From Casimicrobiaceae bacterium (GTDB lineage Bacteria > Pseudomonadota > Gammaproteobacteria > Burkholderiales > Casimicrobiaceae), in the NCBI GenBank assembly GCA_035252665.1, contig DATFCW010000498.1, forward strand, positions 1-61,741: DNA of 61,741 nucleotides. The letters are read 5' to 3'. Every line of letters begins with the position of its first letter. The stretch's first letter is position 1. Below the pieces are notes generated by a model. That model was not told the origin of the DNA and searched no databases. It was given only the letters and a program-made list of their open reading frames with translations. This document shows positions 41,718 to 51,071 of the stretch, piece by piece. A program made the position numbers and the translations under genes.

Positions 41718-44700
41718 TCAATGAAAATCGCGCGATCGCGTTTGCAGCGCGCCGAGCATCGGTGTCAGGTCGACGAGGCGTCCTGCCAGCACATGAACGA
41801 CTTCACCTTCGCGCTCGATCGTCCCATGCACGCCAAGAAGACGCGCGCCGAGGAGCTCGCGCCGTTGACGCTCGCTGATCTCGCGGCGGACGATGATGTT
41901 CGATGCGCCGGTTTCGTCCTCGATCGTCACGAAGATGACGCCGCTCGCCGTGTCGGGACGCTGACGGCCGATCACGATGCCTGCAGTGCGCACGAGTCGT
42001 CCGTGCGGCGACGCGCGCACGTCGTCGGCGGTGGCGAGCCGGCGTGCGCGCAGTTTCGCGCGCAACAGCGCGAGCGGATGACGGCGCAGCGTGAGACCGA
42101 GGCGGCGGTAATCAGCCACGATGTTCTCGCCTTCGGTGGGCGAGGGCAGGGAAGGCTGCGCTTCGTCGAAGGTCGCGCCGTCGAGCAATGCAGGCAATCG
42201 CTCGACGCCGGCGATGTTCCACGTCGCATCATGACGATGACCCGCGAGCGACGCGAGCGCATCGCCGTCGGCGAGCGCGGTGAGATCGCGATGGTCGAGC
42301 TTCGCGCGATGCGCGAGGTCGGCGACGCTCGCAAAGCGCTGCGCTAGCCGCGCTTCGACAATGCGCTTCGCGCCCGCTTCGGTAAGGCCGCGAACGAGGC
42401 GAAGGCCCAGGCGGAGGGCTGGTCCCTCACCCGCCTCGCTGTCGCTCGGCTCCCTCTCCCCGCGTGCGGGGAGAGGGTTGGGGTGAGGGGTCTCCAGCGT
42501 GCAATCCCACTCGCTCACCATCACGTCCGGCGGCAGCACGACGACATCGTGTCGACGTGCATCGGCCACGAGTTGTGCAGGCGCATAGAAGCCCATCGGT
42601 TGCGAATTGAGCAGCGCCGCGCAAAACGCCGCCGGCTCGTAGTGCTTGAGCCACGACGACACGTAGACGAGCAGCGCGAACGACGCTGCATGCGACTCGG
42701 GGAAGCCGTACTCTCCGAAGCCGAGGATCTGCTGATAGATCTGGCGCGCGAACGCCTCGTCGTAGCCGCGTTCGCTCATGCCGTCGACGAGCCGTTGCTC
42801 GAACACCTGCAAGCCACCCTTGCGCTTCCATGCAGCCATCGAGCGGCGAAGGCGATCGGCCTCGCCGGGCGTGAAGCCGGCCGCGACGATCGCGAGCTGC
42901 ATCACCTGCTCCTGGAAGATCGGCACGCCGAGCGTACGTTCGAGCACGCTTTTCACCGCGTCGCTCGGATACGTGACCGGCTCGAGCTTCTGCCGCCGCT
43001 TGAGATACGGATGCACCATGCCGCCCTGGATGGGGCCGGGCCGCACGATCGCGACCTCGATGACGAGGTCGTAGAACGTCGCGGGCTTGAGACGCGGCAG
43101 CATCGACTGCTGCGCACGCGATTCGATCTGGAAAACGCCGATCGTATCGGCCTTCTGGATCATCGCGTAGACGGCAGGATCCTCGGGCGGGATGTCTTCC
43201 ATCCGAAGCGTCGCTCCGCGCCACGACGACACCATCTCGAGCGTGCGGCGAATGGCAGAGAGCATGCCGAGCGCGAGGCAATCGATCTTGAGCAGCCCCA
43301 TCGCGTCGAGGTCGTCCTTGTCCCACTGGATGACCGTGCGCTTTTCCATTGCGGCGTTCTCGACCGGCACCATGCGCTCGAGACAATCGCGCGCGATGAC
43401 GAAGCCGCCGACGTGTTGCGACAGGTGACGCGGAAAGCCGAGCAGATGCCCGGCCAGAATGATCACGCGTCGCAGCACCGGATTGTCGGGATCGAAGCCC
43501 GCTTCGCGAATGCGATCGCGATGGATCGCGCGACCGTCCCACCACGCAAAGACGCCGCTCAGGCGGTCGAGCTGGGCGAGATCGAGACCGAATGCGCGCC
43601 CGACGTCGCGCACGGCGCTCTTGGGCTGATAAGTGATGAGCGTTGCGGCAAGCGCCGCGCGGTGGCGGCCGTACTTGCCGTAGACGTGCTGCATGACCTC
43701 TTCGCGCCGCTGATGCTCGAAATCGACGTCGATATCCGGCGGCTCGTTGCGCTCCCTGCTGATGAAACGCTCGAACAGCATCTCGCTTCGCGCCGGATCG
43801 ACTTCGGTGATGCGAAGTGCATAGCAGACCGCGGAGTTGGCGGCCGAGCCACGTCCCTGGCAGAGAATTTTCTTCTCGCGCGCGAACGCGACCATGTCGT
43901 GCACGGTGAGGAAATACGGCTCGTAGCGAAGCTCGGCGATGAGCGCAAGCTCGTATTCGATCAGTGCACGAACGTTCGCCGGAACGCTCGTGCAGCGGAA
44001 AGTGCTATCGCCGTGAAGAAAATCCGGTTCTCCCCCATATCGCCCAGCAAGCCCCTGCTCGACAAGCTTGCGCAGCCACGTCGTCGGCGTTTCGCCGGGC
44101 GGCACGATTTCGTCCGGATACTCGTAGCGAAGCTCGTCGAGCGAAAAGCGGCAGCGCTTCGCGATTCGCACCGTCTCCTCGAGCAGTGCTGGCGGATAGA
44201 CATTCGCGAGCCGCGCGCGTGAGCGCAGATGGCGCTCGCCGTTCGGAAACAGCGCGTGGCCACATTCCGAAAGCGGAATGCCCAGACGAATCGATGTCAG
44301 CGTGTCCTGCAATGCGCGGCGCGCGCGAACGTGCATGTGCGCATCGCCCGCGGCCACGAGCGCAAGTCCGGCGAACGTCGATAACGCCTCGCATTGCGCG
44401 AGTCGCGCGATGTCACCCGCTTGCGCGAGCAGCTCGACGCCGATCCATGCATGGTCGCCGAACACGTCGCGCATCCATGTCGCATCGCGGCGCAGTGCAT
44501 CGTCGATTCCCGAAATGCGCAAATCCATTGCGGGCAGCCACAATGCGAGACACGACGATGCGCATTGCGCGACATCGTCGCGCGTCAGCCGATACGTGCC
44601 CTTGGCGGCGTTGCGTCGCCCCCGCGTGATCAATTGCGAAAGATCGCCGTAGGTTGCGCGGTCGGTCGCGAGCAGGACCAGCGTAAGGCCGTCGTCGAGT

Positions 44701-44924
44701 GTTAATTCGCTGCCGAGCACCAGCGGCAATCCGGCGTCCTTCGCGGCGAGATGCGCGCGCACGGCGCCCGCGAGCGAGCATTCGTCGGTCAATGCGAGCG
44801 CCGCATACCCTTCCGATTTCGCGCGCTCGACGAGCTCTTCCGGATGCGACGCGCCGCGCAGGAACGAGAAGTTCGATAGGCAGTGGAGCTCGGCATAGGC
44901 CGGCAGCAGGTCGGGCGACGCCAT
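41718..44924 (-). CDS. dnaE2: Error-prone DNA polymerase DnaE2 (ImuC)
   Basis: YAELHCLSNFSFLRGAS, GRGSAANS, PPDIDVD, YGFPESH, C-terminal SRDFH. Confidence 0.96.
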   Translation of the reverse strand: MASPDLLPAYAELHCLSNFSFLRGASHPEELVERAKSEGYAALALTDECSLAGAVRAHLAAKDAGLPLVLGSELTLDDGLTLVLLATDRATYGDLSQLITRGRRNAAKGTYRLTRDDVAQCASSCLALWLPAMDLRISGIDDALRRDATWMRDVFGDHAWIGVELLAQAGDIARLAQCEALSTFAGLALVAAGDAHMHVRARRALQDTLTSIRLGIPLSECGHALFPNGERHLRSRARLANVYPPALLEETVRIAKRCRFSLDELRYEYPDEIVPPGETPTTWLRKLVEQGLAGRYGGEPDFLHGDSTFRCTSVPANVRALIEYELALIAELRYEPYFLTVHDMVAFAREKKILCQGRGSAANSAVCYALRITEVDPARSEMLFERFISRERNEPPDIDVDFEHQRREEVMQHVYGKYGRHRAALAATLITYQPKSAVRDVGRAFGLDLAQLDRLSGVFAWWDGRAIHRDRIREAGFDPDNPVLRRVIILAGHLLGFPRHLSQHVGGFVIARDCLERMVPVENAAMEKRTVIQWDKDDLDAMGLLKIDCLALGMLSAIRRTLEMVSSWRGATLRMEDIPPEDPAVYAMIQKADTIGVFQIESRAQQSMLPRLKPATFYDLVIEVAIVRPGPIQGGMVHPYLKRRQKLEPVTYPSDAVKSVLERTLGVPIFQEQVMQLAIVAAGFTPGEADRLRRSMAAWKRKGGLQVFEQRLVDGMSERGYDEAFARQIYQQILGFGEYGFPESHAASFALLVYVSSWLKHYEPAAFCAALLNSQPMGFYAPAQLVADARRHDVVVLPPDVMVSEWDCTLETPHPNPLPARGEREPSDSEAGEGPALRLGLRLVRGLTEAGAKRIVEARLAQRFASVADLAHRAKLDHRDLTALADGDALASLAGHRHDATWNIAGVERLPALLDGATFDEAQPSLPSPTEGENIVADYRRLGLTLRRHPLALLRAKLRARRLATADDVRASPHGRLVRTAGIVIGRQRPDTASGVIFVTIEDETGASNIIVRREISERQRRELLGARLLGVHGTIEREGEVVHVLAGRLVDLTPMLGALQTRSRDFH
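42424..42490 (-). repeat. Palindromic element inserted in frame in dnaE2
   Basis: CCCTCTCCCCGC-GT-GCGGGGAGAGGG hairpin plus CCCTCACCC/GGGTGAGGG outer arms; encodes PHPNPLPARGERE...GEG. Confidence 0.8.
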
Positions 44925-44925
44925 A

Positions 44926-44941
44926 CCGTACAAATATACGG
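44926..44941. promoter_or_regulatory. 16-bp palindrome resembling a variant SOS (LexA) box, 1 nt upstream of the dnaE2 ATG
   Basis: CCGTACAAATATACGG versus consensus CTGT-N8-ACAG; AT-rich core in high-GC DNA. Confidence 0.5.
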
Positions 44942-45028
44942 CATCGGCATCCGACGCGCGGACATGCGCTTGACGTAAGATGCACGTCGCCGCGCGTGCG
45001 GCATCCGCCGTTTCCCAAGAATATCGCC

Positions 45029-46714
45029 ATGCCGCAGATCGCTTTCGACCGCTTCCATCGCTACGACGAGCTGACCGCGCTCTTGCACGCGCTCGGGCGC
45101 GAGCATCCGAACCTCGTCCGCATCGAATCGATCGGGAAAAGCCACGAAGGCCGCGACATCTTCGTGCTGACCGTGACGAATTCGGCGACCGGCCCGGCAA
45201 ACGAGAAGCCCGCGTTCTGGGTCGACGGCAACATTCATTCGACCGAAGTCGCCGCATCGGCCGCGGCGCTTTACTTCCTGAACACGCTCGTCACGCACTA
45301 TGGCCACGACGCCGAGGTGACGCGCGCGCTCGATACGCGCGCGTTCTACGTGTGCCCGCGCATCAATCCGGATGGCGCCGAATGGGCACTCGCCGACAAG
45401 CCGAAATGGGTGCGGTCGAGCACGCGTCCCTATCCATTCGACGAGGATGAGCCCGAGGGCCTGAGCGTCGAGGATATCGACGGCGACGGGCGCATCCTGC
45501 AGATGCGCATCGAAGATCCGAACGGACTTTGGAAAGCGCATCCGGACGCGCCCGATCTGATGGTGCGTCGTGACCCGACCGAAGCGGGCGGCACCTATTA
45601 TCGGATCCTGCCCGAGGGTCGTTACGACAACTATGACGGCTACACGTTGCGCATCAAGCGGCCGCGGCAGCAACTGGATCTCAATCGCAACTTTCCGGCG
45701 AGCTGGCGGCAGGAATTCGAGCAGCTCGGCGCCGGCCCGTATCCGACGTCGGAGCCCGAGATTCGCGCGATCGTCGATTACATCGTCAAGCATCCCAACA
45801 TCACCGCGGGCACGACGTTTCACACGTGGAGCGGCGTGTTGCTGCGTCCGTTCGAGCACATGACCGACGACGAGATGGACGCCGAGGATTTGTGGTTCTA
45901 CCAGCGCGCGGGCCGCGAAGGGACGAAGCTCACTGGCTATCCTGCGATCTCGGTCTTTCACGAGTTCCGCTATCACCCGAAGAGCGTGATCGGCGGCACG
46001 TTCGACTGGATCTACGAGCATCTCGGCATCTTCTCGTGGGTTGTCGAGATCTGGTCGCCGATGCGCGAGGCGGGCATCACGGACTACAAGTTCATCGACT
46101 GGTTTCGCGATCATTCACTCGACGACGATTTGAAGCTCTATCGCTGGAACCAGGAAAAGCTTCACGGTGCGGCGCATCACGGATGGAAGCCGTTCGCCCA
46201 TCCGCAACTCGGCAAGATCGAGATCGGCGGCTGGGACCGATTCCACGCATTCGGCAATCCGCCGCTTCCGCTGCTCGAGGGCGAGATCGCGAAGTTTCCC
46301 CGCTGGCTCCTATGGCAGGCGCTTTGCTCGCCAAAGCTCGAGCTTGTGCACGCGGGCGCCGAACGCGTCAGCGACGGCGCATGGAAAGTGACGCTCGTCA
46401 TCCAGAACACCGGCTGGCTGCCGACGTACGTCGCGAAGCGCGCGCTCGCGCGCAAGACCGTGCGCGGCATCTTCGCCGAGGTCGAGCTTCCGGACGGCAC
46501 ATCGCTCGCGACCGGCAAGGCGCGCGAGGACATCGGCCAGCTCGAAGGCAAGGCCTACAAGCACACCGGCGTATCGTTCTGGCCCGATTACAACGTGACC
46601 GACGATCGGATCAAGCGCGAGTGGATCGTGCGAGGCGAGGCGGGCATGACGGTCGGCGTCGTCGCGCGACATGAGCGCGGGGGAACCGTGCGCACTTCGG
46701 TCGAGTTACGCTGA
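45029..46714 (+). CDS. M14-family zinc carboxypeptidase
   Basis: IGKSHEGR, NIHSTE (HxxE), NPDG, DLNRNF, SEPE, FHTWSG. Confidence 0.88.
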   Translation: MPQIAFDRFHRYDELTALLHALGREHPNLVRIESIGKSHEGRDIFVLTVTNSATGPANEKPAFWVDGNIHSTEVAASAAALYFLNTLVTHYGHDAEVTRALDTRAFYVCPRINPDGAEWALADKPKWVRSSTRPYPFDEDEPEGLSVEDIDGDGRILQMRIEDPNGLWKAHPDAPDLMVRRDPTEAGGTYYRILPEGRYDNYDGYTLRIKRPRQQLDLNRNFPASWRQEFEQLGAGPYPTSEPEIRAIVDYIVKHPNITAGTTFHTWSGVLLRPFEHMTDDEMDAEDLWFYQRAGREGTKLTGYPAISVFHEFRYHPKSVIGGTFDWIYEHLGIFSWVVEIWSPMREAGITDYKFIDWFRDHSLDDDLKLYRWNQEKLHGAAHHGWKPFAHPQLGKIEIGGWDRFHAFGNPPLPLLEGEIAKFPRWLLWQALCSPKLELVHAGAERVSDGAWKVTLVIQNTGWLPTYVAKRALARKTVRGIFAEVELPDGTSLATGKAREDIGQLEGKAYKHTGVSFWPDYNVTDDRIKREWIVRGEAGMTVGVVARHERGGTVRTSVELR

Positions 46715-46725
46715 CCGTTCGCGGC

Positions 46726-47718
46726 TCAGTATTCGCGAAACATCCGCGCAATGCTATCGCGGTCGCGCGTACGCGAAAGTGCGAGCATCGCCAGCACGCG
46801 CGCTTTCTGCGGCGTCAAGGTGTCGGCTCCGATGAACCCCTGCGCATGATCGTCGTCACGCGTCACGATCGCGCCGCTCGCGCGGCTGCACTGAACGACG
46901 AGCACGTCGTGTCGCACGGCTTCGGCGAGCGCGGCGCGTTGCGCCGGCGACGGGCGCCCGGGTGGCGTACCGGCGAACACGATGCCGCGAACGCGCGCCG
47001 CGACGAAGGCATCGACGGCGATGGCACTCGCGCCAGCGTAGCACGCGACGATCTCGACGCTCGGCAGTTCAGCGACTGACGCGACGTCGAATTCGGTATC
47101 GGGCGCATGCCGGCGAAGCGGACGGCGATCGACGACGACGCGTCCATCGGGATCGATGCGTCCGAGCGGTCCGATGCCGGGCGAGCGAAAGGCGTCGAGC
47201 GCGAAGTTCGACGTCTTCGTCACGTCGCGCGCGCAGTGAATCTCGCCATCCATCGCGACGAGCACACCGAGATCGCGCGCGACGGGCGAAGCGGCGACGC
47301 GAAAGGCATTGAGGAGATTGATGCCCGCATCCGAGCCCAGCGCGTTCGGCGGTCGCTGCGATCCGACGACGACGATCGGTATGCTCGCCTTCGATGCGAG
47401 GTGCAGGAAGTACGCCGTCTCTTCGAGCGTCGACGTGCCGTGCGTAACGACGATCCCGCGCATCGACGGATCGGCAGCGAGCGCCGACGCGATCGCTCGA
47501 TCGAGCGCGATCCACGTGGTCGGGTCCATCGCGACGCTGTCGATCGTGCGAAAGGAGACCGGCACAATGTCGAAGTCGCCGAGCAGCGGCCGAAACGTGT
47601 CGAGCAACCGGTCGAGCTCGCTCGGCGTCGCGTGCGCGCCGTAACCGTGGAGATCGAGCGCGTGGCGACCGAAGGTCGCGATCGATCCTCCGGTGCCGAT
47701 CAGCCCGATGCGCTCCAT
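46726..47718 (-). CDS. Asparaginase/glutaminase-family amidohydrolase with atypical active-site motifs
   Basis: GTGGSIA and THGTSTLEETA (canonical TGGTIA / HGTDT), GSQRP, DVTKT, LTPQKAR. Confidence 0.85.
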   Translation of the reverse strand: MERIGLIGTGGSIATFGRHALDLHGYGAHATPSELDRLLDTFRPLLGDFDIVPVSFRTIDSVAMDPTTWIALDRAIASALAADPSMRGIVVTHGTSTLEETAYFLHLASKASIPIVVVGSQRPPNALGSDAGINLLNAFRVAASPVARDLGVLVAMDGEIHCARDVTKTSNFALDAFRSPGIGPLGRIDPDGRVVVDRRPLRRHAPDTEFDVASVAELPSVEIVACYAGASAIAVDAFVAARVRGIVFAGTPPGRPSPAQRAALAEAVRHDVLVVQCSRASGAIVTRDDDHAQGFIGADTLTPQKARVLAMLALSRTRDRDSIARMFREY

Positions 47719-47811
47719 CGCTACGTGCCTCCGTGCAAGTCTCGCGTTCCCACGCGCCGATGCGCCTCGGTGGTTGCCCTTCGCGACCGATTGTATTAAA
47801 ACCGTCGACCG

Positions 47812-48537
47812 ATGATCGCCATCGACGGCGTCGACAAGTGGTTCGGCGCGCACCAGGTGCTCTCGCAGGTGACGCTCGATGTCGCGACCGGCGAGGTGGT
47901 CGTCGTGTGCGGCCCGAGCGGGTCGGGCAAGAGTACCTTCCTTCGCTGCATTGCCGGGCTCGAATCGGTCGATGCGGGTACGATCGCGATCGACGGCGTG
48001 CCGGTCGACGCCGATCCGCACGGGCATGCGCACGATGCGCAAGTCGGCATGGTGTTCCAGCAGCTCAACCTGTTTCCACACATCACGATCCTGCAAAACC
48101 TCGTGCTCGCTCCGCTCAAGGTCCGCAAGCTTCCACGCCGCGCCGCTATGGCGCGCGCGCGCTCGCTGCTCGCGCGCGTCGGCATCGAAGACAAGGCGGA
48201 TGCCTATCCGGGTACGCTGTCGGGCGGACAACAGCAACGCGCAGCAATCGCGCGAGCGCTTTGCATGGAGCCCGCGGTGATGCTGTTCGACGAGCCGACA
48301 TCGGCGCTCGATCCGGAAATGATCAAGGAAGTGCTCGACGTGATGCGAGGCCTTGCGCAGGACGGCATGACGATGTGCATCGTGACGCATGAAATGGGAT
48401 TTGCCCGCGAGGTCGCGGACCGCGTCGTCTTCATGGACGAGGGACGCATCGTCGAGATCGGGACGCCGGGCGCTTTTTTCGCCGCGCCCAAGGAGCATCG
48501 AACACGGCAATTCATTGGCAAGATATTGACGCATTGA
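47812..48537 (+). CDS. Polar amino-acid ABC transporter ATP-binding protein
   Basis: [34 protein letters not shown]. Confidence 0.93.
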   Translation: MIAIDGVDKWFGAHQVLSQVTLDVATGEVVVVCGPSGSGKSTFLRCIAGLESVDAGTIAIDGVPVDADPHGHAHDAQVGMVFQQLNLFPHITILQNLVLAPLKVRKLPRRAAMARARSLLARVGIEDKADAYPGTLSGGQQQRAAIARALCMEPAVMLFDEPTSALDPEMIKEVLDVMRGLAQDGMTMCIVTHEMGFAREVADRVVFMDEGRIVEIGTPGAFFAAPKEHRTRQFIGKILTH

Positions 48538-48612
48538 CGCGGCCGACGGCGAACCCCCCACGCGTCGTCCCCGGCACCGCCCACGACAAGACTCAACCGA
48601 AGGAGGACCACC

Positions 48613-49509
48613 ATGCCCGAAACGAGTGCCAGCGAATCCGACGAACGCTTTGCTGACGGGTCGCGTCGTCGTTTTCTCCAGGGTGCTGCCGTAGTTGCGG
48701 TGGCGAGCGCCGCACCATCACGGCGCGCCGCTGCCGCCGAATGCCCGAAGTCGACGCTCGAGGTCGTCAAGGAAACGGGTGTACTGAAGGCCGGCGTCAC
48801 GACGACCGTTCCGTACTTCGGTTTCATCGACGAGCGCGGCAATCACGCCGGCTTCGACTACGACGTCATTCTCGAAATTGCGAAGCGGCTCAAAGCGAAG
48901 CCCGAGATCGCCCAAGTGACGACGTCGACGCGCATTCCGCTGCTGCAGCAGGGACGCGTCGATCTCGTGGCCGCCACGATCACGCACTATCGCAGCCGCG
49001 ACGATGTCGTCGACTTCTCCATAGACTACTTTTACTCGCCGCAGACGATGATGGTGCGAAGCGACAGCAAGATTCGCAAGGTGGCCGACATGAACGGCAA
49101 GCGTGCCGGAGCGTCGATCGGATCGGGCTCGGTCAAGTATTTCAAGGAGGCACAGCCGGGCGCGACGATCCAGACGTTCGACACCGAGGCGGACGCGTTC
49201 ATCGCGCTCCAGCAGGGACTGATCGATGCGATGGCGACCGACATGACGCAGCTTGCCGGCTTTCGCGCGAACGCCAAGAATCCCAACGACTTCCTCGTGC
49301 TCGGCAAGGAAGGCACTTATGGCGGCGGTCCGTTCGGACTCTGCATGCGCGAGAATGACTCGAAATGGCGCGACGCCGTCAATTACGCATTGCAGGACCT
49401 CTGGAACGACGGCACCTGGGACAAAATCTTCGACAAGTGGGTCGGCCCGAACACGAAGATGCAGCTCACGAAGGAGATGCTCGGCTTCCGGATGGAAACC
49501 TGGCACTGA
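48613..49509 (+). CDS. Family 3 amino-acid substrate-binding protein with Tat signal
   Basis: SRRRFLQ twin-arginine motif, GFDYD, TRIPLLQQGRVD, VDFS. Confidence 0.9.
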   Translation: MPETSASESDERFADGSRRRFLQGAAVVAVASAAPSRRAAAAECPKSTLEVVKETGVLKAGVTTTVPYFGFIDERGNHAGFDYDVILEIAKRLKAKPEIAQVTTSTRIPLLQQGRVDLVAATITHYRSRDDVVDFSIDYFYSPQTMMVRSDSKIRKVADMNGKRAGASIGSGSVKYFKEAQPGATIQTFDTEADAFIALQQGLIDAMATDMTQLAGFRANAKNPNDFLVLGKEGTYGGGPFGLCMRENDSKWRDAVNYALQDLWNDGTWDKIFDKWVGPNTKMQLTKEMLGFRMETWH

Positions 49510-49545
49510 TCGCTCCGGCCACCGGACTCCATTTAAAGCGGAACG

Positions 49546-50277
49546 ATGCGCCAGTTCGACCTCGGGGTGCTGTGGGGCGAGTGGGGCGTGCGGCTGCTCG
49601 ACGGGCTCGGCGTCACCGTCGAGCTCGCGGCGCTTACCATTGTCTTCGCGCTCGCGATTGGCCTCGTTGTCGGCATTCTCCGCTGGCTCGGCAAGTGGTA
49701 CCTGGAGCCGTTGTGCTGGCTCTACATCGAAGGCGCCCGCAATACGCCGCCGCTCGTACAGATCCTGTTCTGGTACTTCTCGGCGTTTTACCTGCTGCCC
49801 CGTCCGGTGTTCGAGTACATGCGCCACGTTGGCTACGAGTTTGCGGCCGCGGTCGTCGCGCTCGCCGTCTACCATGGTGCGTTCATGGCCGAGACGGTGC
49901 GCGCAGGCTTGAACTCTGTGGGAAAGGGCCAGATCGAGGCAGCGCGCGCGCTCGGACTCACGTTTGGATCGCGGATGCGCTACGTGATCCTCCCCCAGGC
50001 GCTGCGCGTCATCGTGCCACCACTCGTCAACGAGATGGTCGGGGCGACGAAGAACACGAGCCTCGCGCTGGCGATCGGCGTTGCGGAGATCGCCTACCAG
50101 ACCAAGTACATCGAAACGTACGCGTTTCGCGGCGTCGAGGCGCTGATCGGCGCGACGTTGCTCTACCTTCTGCTTTGCATCGGCATCGCGGGTCTCGGTC
50201 CGTTTGCGTCGCGCTACCTGTCGCGACACGTACAGACGGCGCCGCGCATCGCCCGACCGGTCCTCGTCAGCGAATAA
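49546..50277 (+). CDS. Amino-acid ABC permease
   Basis: RNTPPLVQ, GQIEAARALG EAA loop, PQA. Confidence 0.92.
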   Translation: MRQFDLGVLWGEWGVRLLDGLGVTVELAALTIVFALAIGLVVGILRWLGKWYLEPLCWLYIEGARNTPPLVQILFWYFSAFYLLPRPVFEYMRHVGYEFAAAVVALAVYHGAFMAETVRAGLNSVGKGQIEAARALGLTFGSRMRYVILPQALRVIVPPLVNEMVGATKNTSLALAIGVAEIAYQTKYIETYAFRGVEALIGATLLYLLLCIGIAGLGPFASRYLSRHVQTAPRIARPVLVSE

Positions 50278-50287
50278 CACGAAGCAA

Positions 50288-50992
50288 ATGAACTGGGAAC
50301 GCGTGCTGACCCCGCTCAACATCGAGCGGATGCTCGTCGGCGATCTCTTCACCCAAGGGCACGTCGGCGGCCTGTTGCTGACGCTCATCATCGCGGCGAT
50401 CGCGATCATCGGCTCGACGATGCTCGGGGTCATGCTTGGCGTGATGCGCGCATCGCCGCGGCGCGCGATTGCGCTGCCCGCGCTCGTCTATATCCAGGCG
50501 ATTCGCAGCGTACCGCTGCTGATCCTGATCTTCTGGGTCTATTTCGTTCCCCCGTACTTCGGCGTCGAGACGTCGAAGGGCGTCAGCGTCGGGGTGGCGC
50601 TCACATTCTTCACCGCAGCGTACATCGCGGAATACATACGTGGAGGCATTCTGTCGGTGCCGACCGCGCAGCGCGAGGCCGCGCGCACATTGGGCTTGAC
50701 TCCACTGCAGATTCAACTGTACGTCGTGTTGCCGCAGGCGTTCTTCAACATGATTCCGGCGATCAGCGGTCGCTACATCGTGACGGTCATCAACACGTCG
50801 CTCGCGTTCCTGATCGGGTTGTCCGAGTTGACCGACATCGGCAGGCAGATCAACGTGCGCCTGCAGACGTCACCGGTCGAGGTGTACGTGACCGTGATGG
50901 CGCTTTATTTCGTCGTCAACCGCGCGCTCTCCGGCGGCATGCGCCTGCTCGAGAGCCGGACGCGATTCAACCGGCTGTTCGTGCGCATATAG
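50288..50992 (+). CDS. Amino-acid ABC permease
   Basis: RSVPLL, AYIAE.IRGG, QREAARTLG, LPQA. Confidence 0.92.
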   Translation: MNWERVLTPLNIERMLVGDLFTQGHVGGLLLTLIIAAIAIIGSTMLGVMLGVMRASPRRAIALPALVYIQAIRSVPLLILIFWVYFVPPYFGVETSKGVSVGVALTFFTAAYIAEYIRGGILSVPTAQREAARTLGLTPLQIQLYVVLPQAFFNMIPAISGRYIVTVINTSLAFLIGLSELTDIGRQINVRLQTSPVEVYVTVMALYFVVNRALSGGMRLLESRTRFNRLFVRI

Positions 50993-51071
50993 TCGGGACT
51001 TCGGCAATCGAGCCCGCGTGCTCTACACTTCTGGTCGCTCGAATGAGCGACAACCGCAAAGGAACCCGCCC

